From positions 1,056,001-1,120,000 of the forward strand of contig OY764159.1 in NCBI GenBank assembly GCA_963668175.1: a stretch of 64,000 nt of DNA, read 5' to 3'. Position numbers and translations under genes: made by a program. Positions 28,249-36,329 of the stretch are shown here, one piece after another. The notes under the pieces were generated by a model, which saw only the letters and a list, made by a program, of their open reading frames with translations, did not search any database and was not told the DNA's origin. This DNA comes from Syntrophales bacterium (GTDB taxonomy: Bacteria > Desulfobacterota > Syntrophia > Syntrophales > PHBD01). The stretch's first letter is position 1. The number at the start of each line of letters is the position of its first letter.

Positions 28249-29100
28249 TTGAAAGTTCAATATTATCCAGGATGTTCCCTTCATGGTACGGCCAAGGAAT
28301 ACGACCAGTCGATGAAGGCGGTCAGTCGCGCCCTGGGGATCGAGTTACAGGAAGTCGAGGATTGGTCTTGTTGCGGCGCCACATCGGCCCATGCCACGAA
28401 TTACAAGCTGTCAGTCGCGCTGCCGGCACGCAACCTGATGCTGGCGGAAAAGGCCGCCGCGAAGGATGTCATGGTTCCCTGCGCCGCCTGCTTTAATCGC
28501 TTCAAGTCCGCCCAGCACCATCTCGCTCACGATCAGGCGTTGAAAGCGGAGGTGGAGGGCATCGTCGGCGGCAAGTACAAGGGCGAACTGTCCATCAAGA
28601 ACCCGATCGATATCATTTACGGCAATATCGGCCTCGACGCCCTCGCGGCCAAGGTCGTGAAGCCGCTCGCGGGGATCAAGGCCGCTTCCTATTACGGCTG
28701 CCTGCTCCTGCGTCCGCCGGAAGTATGCGAATTCGACGACTACGAGAATCCCATGATGCTCGACGGGATTCTGAAGGCGATAGGCGCGGAAGCCCGGCCC
28801 TGGTCCTACAAGACCGACTGCTGCGGCGGAAGCCTTACAATCAGCAAGACATCCATCGTGGTCTCCATGGTGGACAAACTGATGACCATGGCCCGGGAAG
28901 CGGGCGCAAACTGTATTGTGACGGCGTGTCCCGTTTGTATGGCCAATCTGGATATGAGGGCAAGCAGCCACCTCAAGCTTCCGGTCTTCTATTTTACGGA
29001 GCTTCTCGCACTCGCTATGGGATTGCAGGGGCCCGCGGACTGGTTCAAGCTGCACAACGTCGATCCGACGCCGCTCGTCGGCAGCCTGCAGCTTATGTAA
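28249..29100 (+). CDS. hdrB: Heterodisulfide reductase subunit B-like
   Basis: YYPGC, WSCCGA, PCAAC, YYGC, CCGG, TACPVC (CCG domains). Confidence 0.92.
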   Translation: MKVQYYPGCSLHGTAKEYDQSMKAVSRALGIELQEVEDWSCCGATSAHATNYKLSVALPARNLMLAEKAAAKDVMVPCAACFNRFKSAQHHLAHDQALKAEVEGIVGGKYKGELSIKNPIDIIYGNIGLDALAAKVVKPLAGIKAASYYGCLLLRPPEVCEFDDYENPMMLDGILKAIGAEARPWSYKTDCCGGSLTISKTSIVVSMVDKLMTMAREAGANCIVTACPVCMANLDMRASSHLKLPVFYFTELLALAMGLQGPADWFKLHNVDPTPLVGSLQLM

Positions 29101-29175
29101 TATGACCGAGGATGAAAGGCGCTGCCGGTACAGGCAGACCATGATCCACAATAACCTATCAGAATAAGGCAGACT

Positions 29176-30198
29176 ATGGAAAAGAGGTTAATCAAGAAAG
29201 ACGCGCTTACCGGGCTGGTGAAGAAAATTGCCGAAAGGATGCCTGTCTATGCGCCGGTCAAGGTCGAGGATAATATTCTGTTCAAGGCGCTGGAAAAGGG
29301 AGACGAGCCCCTGGCCGCCTTCGCCAACAGCAAGAACGCGCCGAAGAATTTCTTCTTCCCCCATACGGAAGTCATGATGCGTTATACCCGGACCGCCAAG
29401 GGTTCGGAGTTTTCCGGCGGTGCGACGGAGGCCGAAGAGAGGGTGCTGTTCGGCGTCCGGCCCTGCGATGCCCGGAGCTTCATTCTTCTGGACAAGCTTT
29501 TCGATCAGGAGAAGTACAGGGACACGTTCTATATCGACAAGAGAAACAAGACGACGATCGTTGCGATCGCCTGCGCCCATCCCCCGTATTCGACGTGCTT
29601 CTGTACGTCCGTCGGCGGCAATCCGACCTCTGCGGATGGTGCGGACGTACTCCTGACAGATCTGGGCGACCAGTATCTCGTAGAGTTTATAACGCCGAAG
29701 GGCGAAAAATATATCAAGGATTTCGGGGACGCCAAGGCCGACGAAGCTGCGGAGAAGAAAAAGGCCGCCATCGCCGCCCAGGCGGAAGGTGAGATCAAGT
29801 CCCGCATTCCGGCCAAGGAGATCAAGCCGATCCTCGATGCCAATTTTGAGCATCCCTTCTGGGGGACCATCCACCAGAGGTGCCTGGCCTGCGGTACATG
29901 CACCTACCTGTGTCCGACATGCCACTGCTTCGACATCAGCGATGAAGTCAAGCATGAGGACGGCAGGCGCCTTCGCAATTGGGACTCCTGCATGTACCCG
30001 CTCTTTACGCTGGAAACGTCGGGGCACAACCCCCGGCCCACCCAGAAAGAGCGGTGGCGCCAGCGGGCGATGCACAAATTCCGTTATTTTGTGGATAATT
30101 TTGAGGCCATTGCATGCGTAGGCTGCGGAAGATGCGTCATGTACTGCCCTGTCAATATTGATATCAGAAAAATCGTCGAGGATATTTCGAAACTATAG
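29176..30198 (+). CDS. flxB: FlxB (AsrA/HydB-like) 4Fe-4S protein
   Basis: GVRPCD, CFCTS, CLACGTCTYLCPTCHCF, WDSC, CVGCGRCVMYCP. Confidence 0.8.
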   Translation: MEKRLIKKDALTGLVKKIAERMPVYAPVKVEDNILFKALEKGDEPLAAFANSKNAPKNFFFPHTEVMMRYTRTAKGSEFSGGATEAEERVLFGVRPCDARSFILLDKLFDQEKYRDTFYIDKRNKTTIVAIACAHPPYSTCFCTSVGGNPTSADGADVLLTDLGDQYLVEFITPKGEKYIKDFGDAKADEAAEKKKAAIAAQAEGEIKSRIPAKEIKPILDANFEHPFWGTIHQRCLACGTCTYLCPTCHCFDISDEVKHEDGRRLRNWDSCMYPLFTLETSGHNPRPTQKERWRQRAMHKFRYFVDNFEAIACVGCGRCVMYCPVNIDIRKIVEDISKL

Positions 30199-30212
30199 CG
30201 TGGGAGAGTGTC

Positions 30213-31052
30213 ATGCAGAATCCATATGTACCCATTCCCGTTGAGGTAGCCAAAATCATTACGGAGGTCGACAGTAAGGACATCAAGACCTTCCGTTTTG
30301 CCTTCGTCAACAAGGAAGATGAAGAGAAGTTTAAATACATTCCCGGACAGTTCGGGGAGCTTTCCATATTCGGCAAGGGCGAGTCGCCGATCGGCATAGC
30401 CTCCTCCCCGACGCAGAAGGGCTACGTTGAGTTTACCGTCCAGCGGGCGGGCGTCGTGACGACGGCCCTGCACAGCATGGAAGAAGGAACGCGGATGGGT
30501 ATCCGGGGACCGTTGGGCAATTCCTGGCCCATCGAGTTTCTGGAAGGCAAGAATATCGTGATCGTCGGCGGCGGTTTTGCCTTCACGACGCTGCGCTCCC
30601 TGATCAACTATATGATCCACGAGAGCAACCGTTCCCGCTTCGGCAAGATCACCGTCGTGTACGGTGCCAGGACCCCCGGACTCCTGCTCTACAAGGACGA
30701 ATTGATCGAATGGGAAAAACGGGGCGATATCAATCTGAACGTTACGGTGGACAAAGGGGACGCGACCTGGAAAGGCCGGGAAGGGTTTGTGCCGGCCGTT
30801 TGCAAGGAAGTGGCACCCAGTTCGGACAATGCGGTGGCCCTGATCTGCGGTCCGCCCATTATGATCCGCTTCACCCTGCCCGTCTTTTTCGAGCTGAACT
30901 TCTCGAAGGATAATATCATAACGTCCTTGGAAATGAGGATGAAATGTGGTATTGGTAAGTGCGGACGTTGCAACGTGGGGAGCAAATACGTCTGCAAGGA
31001 CGGGCCGGTATTTTCACTTGCTGAGCTTGATCAACTGACCAAAGAATACTGA
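30213..31052 (+). CDS. flxA: FlxA (AsrB/PyrK-like) FAD/NAD-binding [2Fe-2S] protein
   Basis: PGQF, RGPLGN, GGG, CGPPIM, MKCGIGKCGRC...VCKDGPVF. Confidence 0.83.
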   Translation: MQNPYVPIPVEVAKIITEVDSKDIKTFRFAFVNKEDEEKFKYIPGQFGELSIFGKGESPIGIASSPTQKGYVEFTVQRAGVVTTALHSMEEGTRMGIRGPLGNSWPIEFLEGKNIVIVGGGFAFTTLRSLINYMIHESNRSRFGKITVVYGARTPGLLLYKDELIEWEKRGDINLNVTVDKGDATWKGREGFVPAVCKEVAPSSDNAVALICGPPIMIRFTLPVFFELNFSKDNIITSLEMRMKCGIGKCGRCNVGSKYVCKDGPVFSLAELDQLTKEY

Positions 31053-31092
31053 TTCACTAAAAACCGTCAAACCGCGATAAAAAAGCTGGAGG

Positions 31093-31127
31093 AAGGGGAG
31101 CCGCCAAGTGGGCTCCCTTGTTTTTTT
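31093..31127 (+). terminator. Intrinsic terminator between flxA and nfnA
   Basis: AAGGGGAGCC-GCCAAGTG-GGCTCCCTT-G-T7. Confidence 0.65.
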
Positions 31128-31159
31128 ACACCCCCCTCTGCCAAAAGGAGATGGAAGCT

Positions 31160-31996
31160 TTGAACAAAATCATAGAGAAACAGAATATTTCGGAGAGTGT
31201 CGTCCGGATGGTTCTCGAAGTTCCGGACGTCGCCCGGAAAAGGAAGGCCGGCCAATTCATTATTCTGAAGCTCGACGAGAAGGGCGAGAGGATACCGCTC
31301 ACCATCGTCGATTCGGATGCGGAAAAAGGCACGATCACGATCATCTTTCAAATCGTCGGCAAGACGACGGCCGTCCTGGGGTCATTGAATCCGGGAGACA
31401 GCCTTCAGGACGTCCAGGGACCCCTGGGGAACCCGACGGAAATTGAAAACTTCGGGCACGTCGTCTGCGTCGGCGGCGGCGTCGGCGTCGGCGTCGTCTA
31501 TCCCCTGGCGGTGGCCCTGAAAAAAGCCGGCAACAAGGTGACGTCCATCATCGGCTCGCGAACAAAGGAGCTGATCATCCTGGAAGACGAAATGAGCAAG
31601 GTCAGCGACCGCCTTCTCGTCGCCACCGACGACGGTTCCTACGGTTTCCACGGGTTCGTGAGCGCCGTTCTCCAGAATCTCATAGACGCCGGGGAGAAGA
31701 TCGATCACGTCTTCGCCATCGGTCCCGTACCGATGATGAAAGTGATCAGCAACGTCACGAGGCCTTACGGCATCAAGACGACGGTCAGCCTGAATTCCAT
31801 CATGGTTGACGCCACGGGGATGTGCGGCGCCTGCCGGGTTTCCGTGGGGGGTGAAACGAAATTCACCTGTGTTGACGGCCCGGAGTTCGACGGTCACAAG
31901 GTCGATTTTGATTTATTATCGAGCCGCCTGAAGATGTACTGTGATGTTGAAAAACAGGCGTTTGAACTGCATAGGTGCGGATGCGATGGAAACTGA
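31160..31996 (+). CDS. nfnA: NADH-dependent reduced ferredoxin:NADP oxidoreductase small subunit (NfnA/SudB)
   Basis: GQFII...GERIPLTI, GPLGNP, IGPVPMM, MVDATGMCGACRV...CVDGPEFD (Asp-ligated [2Fe-2S]); start TTG 31160 or ATG 31151. Confidence 0.9.
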   Translation: MNKIIEKQNISESVVRMVLEVPDVARKRKAGQFIILKLDEKGERIPLTIVDSDAEKGTITIIFQIVGKTTAVLGSLNPGDSLQDVQGPLGNPTEIENFGHVVCVGGGVGVGVVYPLAVALKKAGNKVTSIIGSRTKELIILEDEMSKVSDRLLVATDDGSYGFHGFVSAVLQNLIDAGEKIDHVFAIGPVPMMKVISNVTRPYGIKTTVSLNSIMVDATGMCGACRVSVGGETKFTCVDGPEFDGHKVDFDLLSSRLKMYCDVEKQAFELHRCGCDGN

Positions 31997-33398
31997 AAAG
32001 AAAGATAAGAAGGAAAAAGTTCCCCGGCACAAGATGCCGGAACAGAAACCCTCGGAAAGAATCCGTAATTTCGGCGAAGTGCCGACCGGATATCCGGCGG
32101 AAACGGCCATTGCCGAGGCCAAGCGCTGCATCCAGTGCAAGAAGCCCGGCTGCATTACCGGTTGTCCCGTGGATGTGGACATACCCGGATTCATCAAATT
32201 GATCGCCGAAGGCCAGTTTATCGAAGCGGCCCTGAAGCTCAAGGAGACCAACGGCCTTCCCGCCGTCTGCGGCCGGGTCTGCCCGCAGGAGGACCAGTGC
32301 GAGAAGCTCTGCATCCTGGGCAAGAAGGGCGAGCCGGTGGCGATCGGTAGGCTGGAGCGTTTTGCCGCCGATCTGGAGAGGGAATCGGGCCATATTTCCA
32401 TACCTCCGATCCCGGCCCCGAACGGTAAGAAGGTGGCCGTTGTCGGCGCCGGACCTTCGGGCCTGACCATCGCCGGCGATCTCGTCAAACTCGGCTACGA
32501 AGTGACGATATTCGAGGCACTTCACCAGGCCGGGGGCGTCCTCGTTTACGGTATCCCCGAATTCAGGCTCCCCAAGAAGATCGTTCAGGCCGAGGTCGAT
32601 TATCTGCAGAAAATGGGCGTCAAGATCGTCCTCAATGCTGTTATCGGCCGCATCAAAACGGTGGACGAACTCTTCGCCGAGGGCTTCAACGCCGTCTATC
32701 TGGGTGTCGGCGCCGGCGCCCCCGTCTTCATGGGCATTCCGGGCGAAAACCTGAGTGGCATCTATTCGGCCAACGAATATCTCACAAGGTCCAACCTGAT
32801 GAAGGCCTATCTCTTTCCCGAGTACGATACGCCCATCGCCCGGGGCAAGAACGTCGCCGTCATCGGCGGCGGCAATGTGGCCATGGATTCGGTCCGGACG
32901 GCCCTGAGGCTGGGGGCGGACAACGCCTACATCATTTACCGCCGTACGGAGGTGGAGATGCCTGCCCGTATCGAGGAGGTCCACCATGCCAAGGAAGAAG
33001 GTGTCCAGTTCAAGCTGCTCACCAATCCGATTGAATACATCGGCGATGAAAACGGCTGGGTCAAAGGGATCAAGTGCCTCCAGATGGAGCTGGGGGAACC
33101 CGATGAATCGGGCCGCAGGAGGCCGATAGCCGTCAAGGGCTCCGAATTCGTTATCGATGTCGATACGGTCGTGGTCGCCGTAGGCACCATGGCAAACCCC
33201 ATCGTTCCCGCCACGACACCGGGGCTCACAACGAACAAATGGGGCTATATCGTGACGAAGGACGAGAATGGAGAGACGACCAGGCAAGGGGTCTATGCCG
33301 GCGGCGATATCGTAACCGGATCGGCGACGGTGATCCTGGCCATGGGTGCGGGCCGCAAGGCGGCGCACGCCATCCACGAGTATCTCTCGCGGAAATAG
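31986..33398 (+). CDS. nfnB: NfnB/SudA large bifurcating subunit (often annotated as homotetrameric glutamate synthase)
   Basis: CIQCKKPGCITGCP, CGRVCPQEDQCE, LERF, GIPEFRLP, GGGNVAMD, YRR, GSATVILAMGAG; overlaps the end of nfnA. Confidence 0.9.
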   Translation: METEKKDKKEKVPRHKMPEQKPSERIRNFGEVPTGYPAETAIAEAKRCIQCKKPGCITGCPVDVDIPGFIKLIAEGQFIEAALKLKETNGLPAVCGRVCPQEDQCEKLCILGKKGEPVAIGRLERFAADLERESGHISIPPIPAPNGKKVAVVGAGPSGLTIAGDLVKLGYEVTIFEALHQAGGVLVYGIPEFRLPKKIVQAEVDYLQKMGVKIVLNAVIGRIKTVDELFAEGFNAVYLGVGAGAPVFMGIPGENLSGIYSANEYLTRSNLMKAYLFPEYDTPIARGKNVAVIGGGNVAMDSVRTALRLGADNAYIIYRRTEVEMPARIEEVHHAKEEGVQFKLLTNPIEYIGDENGWVKGIKCLQMELGEPDESGRRRPIAVKGSEFVIDVDTVVVAVGTMANPIVPATTPGLTTNKWGYIVTKDENGETTRQGVYAGGDIVTGSATVILAMGAGRKAAHAIHEYLSRK

Positions 33399-33446
33399 CG
33401 GGGGACGAGGGGCGGCAGCAAAACCCATTATAATGATGATCATTTG

Positions 33447-33482
33447 AGGCATGGCGGACGGTAGTCTGTCCATGCCTTTTTT
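33447..33482 (+). terminator. Terminator after nfnB
   Basis: AGGCATGG...CCATGCCT followed by a T run. Confidence 0.75.
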
Positions 33483-33504
33483 ATGGTCGTCCGATCTAAC
33501 ACAC

Positions 33505-33541
33505 AAAAAAGGGCCGGAGGAACAAATTCCCCCGGCCCTTT
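33505..33541 (-). terminator. Terminator directly after atpB
   Basis: Minus strand AAAGGGCCGGGGGAAT...CCTCCGGCCC-TTTTTT. Confidence 0.8.
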
Positions 33542-33562
33542 GAGCAGTTAAGGCAGGTTTTA

Positions 33563-34246
33563 TTAATGATGCTCTTCCATGGCGCCGGCGATATACATCA
33601 TCGCCAGGAGCATGAAGACGAGGGTCTGGATGACCGACGTGAAGATCATGAGGGCCACGACGGGCAGCGGCACCATCAGCGGCACCAGGAAAAGAACGAC
33701 GGCCAGAACGAGATCCTCGCCGCGGATGTTACCGAAAAGCCGGAACGAAAGCGAAAGCGGCCGGGAAAAATGGCTGACGATTTCAATGGGCAGCATCAGG
33801 GGGATCAAATACGGGTTCGGTCCCAGGAACTGTTTGAAATAGGCCAGTCCCTGCACCTTTACGCCGACGACATGGGTCAGGATGAAGACGCAAAGGGCCA
33901 TGGAGACCGTTGTATTCAGATTGGCCGTCGGCGACTCGAAACCGGGAATGAGGCCGATGAGGTTCGAGGTGAGGATGTAGAACCCCAGGGTGGCGATGAG
34001 CGGGAAAAAACGCTTCCCTTCATGGCCCATCGTATTGTCGAGAAGCGTGTGGAAGGAGTCGACAAAGACCTCCATCACGTTCTGGAACGCGCCGGGCAGT
34101 ATGGACAAGCCGCGCGTGGCCAGAAAACCGAACAGGGCCAAAAGCGCCATGACGAACCATGTGTACGCGACGATCGTCATGTCGATGTGATAAGCCTCAT
34201 GAATATGATTGAAAGCCTTCAAATGAAAGAATAACAAGGGTTCCAT
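33563..34246 (-). CDS. atpB: F0 ATP synthase subunit a
   Basis: [39 protein letters not shown]. Confidence 0.96.
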   Translation of the reverse strand: MEPLLFFHLKAFNHIHEAYHIDMTIVAYTWFVMALLALFGFLATRGLSILPGAFQNVMEVFVDSFHTLLDNTMGHEGKRFFPLIATLGFYILTSNLIGLIPGFESPTANLNTTVSMALCVFILTHVVGVKVQGLAYFKQFLGPNPYLIPLMLPIEIVSHFSRPLSLSFRLFGNIRGEDLVLAVVLFLVPLMVPLPVVALMIFTSVIQTLVFMLLAMMYIAGAMEEHH

Positions 34247-34252
34247 GGGTAA

Positions 34253-34645
34253 CTACGCCTCCTCCTCAACACTGTTTTTTTTTGACAGTACCATGACGGC
34301 CGTAATAACGATGTTAATCACCACCACTGACAGACCGGCGATCAACCCTATGATATCGACGACATCCCTGGATACTATAAAGTACAAGACAACAGCGGTG
34401 ACCCCGAGCCGGATGTAATACTTGAACATGATCCGGCCCTTCACGCTACCCGACAGGTTGCTGAAAACCTTGCGGAGATCCCGATGAAGCCAGTGGAAAT
34501 TAACGATGCTGATGAGGCTTCCCAGAACGACCCCGGTTAACCGGGTTGGCATGAATATCCAACTTAGCAAGGCCAAAATCGCCAGAATAACCCAGTTTGT
34601 CACTTCAAGTCTTGTTTGGAGCGGGTCTTTTTCGATGGGGTTCAC
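34253..34645 (-). CDS. atpI: ATP synthase protein I
   Basis: Four hydrophobic segments, G..ISIVNF.WL, directly upstream of atpB. Confidence 0.8.
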   Translation of the reverse strand: MNPIEKDPLQTRLEVTNWVILAILALLSWIFMPTRLTGVVLGSLISIVNFHWLHRDLRKVFSNLSGSVKGRIMFKYYIRLGVTAVVLYFIVSRDVVDIIGLIAGLSVVVINIVITAVMVLSKKNSVEEEA

Positions 34646-34895
34646 TTCTTATACTCTTGATGACCTCTGTTTCGTCACGAAAGTATCGCTTGACCAGCCC
34701 ATACAAGTTTCTGAAACCGATGAGAACTCCCAGGAGCATAAAGAGGAAGGCAAAGCGATGGCCGCCGCCCAGCTTTTCGTCCAGGTAATTCCCCAGAAAG
34801 AGCCCGCCGAAGATCATCAGAACCATGCCGATGCCGATGCTGCTTGCATACGCCATCTGCACAAGGGAATCCCTGGAGCCCTTATCCAATTTCAT
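34605..34895 (-). CDS. AtpZ/AtpI-family small membrane protein
   Basis: Two TM segments, G..LG.YLD motif; AGGAGG SD; first gene of the F0 cluster. Confidence 0.8.
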   Translation of the reverse strand: MKLDKGSRDSLVQMAYASSIGIGMVLMIFGGLFLGNYLDEKLGGGHRFAFLFMLLGVLIGFRNLYGLVKRYFRDETEVIKSIRSEPHRKRPAPNKT

Positions 34896-35080
34896 GCTGG
34901 CCTCCTATCATGAAGCAACCCCGAAGTCAATAAAAAACATTGTCGCCGAATGCAGTCTTTTCCTTGCAGGTCTTGACTTTCGTCTTGCCGGGAGCGAATT
35001 TGTATGGTACATTTTAAACACGAAATAACCCCTGGTTATGCGGCTTTATAGGATACTCTATTCGGGGAGGGGAACGAAGA

Positions 35081-35380
35081 ATGACTTTGATTATCGGGGG
35101 CGCCGTTGCGACGGTCATCGGGCTCGTGGGACTCGTTTTGTGGCACGCGGACTTCCTGGTCATCCTTAAGGGCGGTATACCCGTCGGCCTGTTGCTTACG
35201 GGAATCCTGGCCATGTACGTCGGCTTCGACGAGATTCAGGAAAAATTCAGCGACGAACGGCGAAAACAGGACGAGAAACTCGAAAAAGCCCAGGAAGAAA
35301 TAGAAATAGTCAAAGCCAAGGCGGAGCAATACCGGGAAGAAATAGACCGCCTGAAAAAGGAAGTCGGTAAAGCCGATTGA
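35081..35380 (+). CDS. Small two-TM membrane protein with C-terminal coiled coil; N-terminal half resembles magnetosome protein MamI
   Basis: IGLVGLVLW...LKGGIPVGLLLTGILA..G pattern; GGAGG SD; charged heptad tail. Confidence 0.7.
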   Translation: MTLIIGGAVATVIGLVGLVLWHADFLVILKGGIPVGLLLTGILAMYVGFDEIQEKFSDERRKQDEKLEKAQEEIEIVKAKAEQYREEIDRLKKEVGKAD

Positions 35381-35511
35381 CCCCGATTCCAGCCAATCCA
35401 CGTTCGTTGCCGCAGCTTCCCCATATAAATGGCCGGCAGAGCCCGTTCCCGCCGGTCCGCGTTTCCTTGCCGCTATGACGTCGCCTGAAGCGATCCGCGT
35501 ATGTTAAAGAC

Positions 35512-35994
35512 CTATTCGACCGGAATATCCGTTGCGCCCTTCACCGGAAGGATAATCTGTGTTTTTAATATGTTGGACGGTGTATAGGCCGGGTCGTTCA
35601 TGTAGACTTCATAGGCGACACCGGTAGGTTCGTAACCATTCTCCAGGATCCACCTCTCCAACGCATGATAAGCAGGTTCTATCCGGTCGTAAGGGCCCGT
35701 AAACAGGCAGGAAGCCACCTTGCCGGCGGGCAGCTGGCCGGCCTGAATCCCGTCTGCACCGGGAAGGGACTTAAAGACGGGGAAGCCCGCCTCGATATCC
35801 AGGATGTCCCGGTCCCTGCGGTCATAGACGATAAAAGGCGGTCCCGCGGGCTGTTCCTCGTGTGCGGCCAGATACTGAATGATGGTCCCGTAAGCCTGCT
35901 GCAGGTCCTTGCGCAGCCCGGAGACGGAGGCCCTGATACGGACCGTGACTGTAGCCTGGCTCGTTTGCGTGTACGCCTCGCACTTTAACGTCAT
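35512..35994 (-). CDS. GyrI-like (AraC effector-binding) small-molecule binding protein
   Basis: AGPPF..Y, IEAGFPV, GPYD.I..AY..L..WI, YEVY..DP. Confidence 0.85.
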   Translation of the reverse strand: MTLKCEAYTQTSQATVTVRIRASVSGLRKDLQQAYGTIIQYLAAHEEQPAGPPFIVYDRRDRDILDIEAGFPVFKSLPGADGIQAGQLPAGKVASCLFTGPYDRIEPAYHALERWILENGYEPTGVAYEVYMNDPAYTPSNILKTQIILPVKGATDIPVE

Positions 35995-36329
35995 TTTCGG
36001 CTCCCTGTATGTCGTTGGATCACCCTGTGCGCCGTATTTACAACGGCGGGGAAGCGGGCGGTCTTAACGTTTTTCATCATCTGCCGAGATGAAGTACCGG
36101 CAGAACGTCGATGCCCGCCTTCTCTATCATTACTTGGAGCAAAACTCAAAGCAATTGCCGTTTCGTGTCCGGGGTCCGTGACCCTTCAGGCCTGCCCCGT
36201 AAAAAACGGAAGCGAAAAGAAAATTGTTCATTCGGGATAAAACCGGCTTCTTTTTTGTGAAACGATCATGTAAAAGAATGTTGTTTCAGAGAATCTTATG
36301 GATCATCGAACTTGAAAAGGAGAAGAAGC

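Noticed and set aside
31986..33398. Glutamate synthase small subunit (gltD)
   Set aside because: No gltB nearby and it is translationally coupled to nfnA, so NfnB fits better
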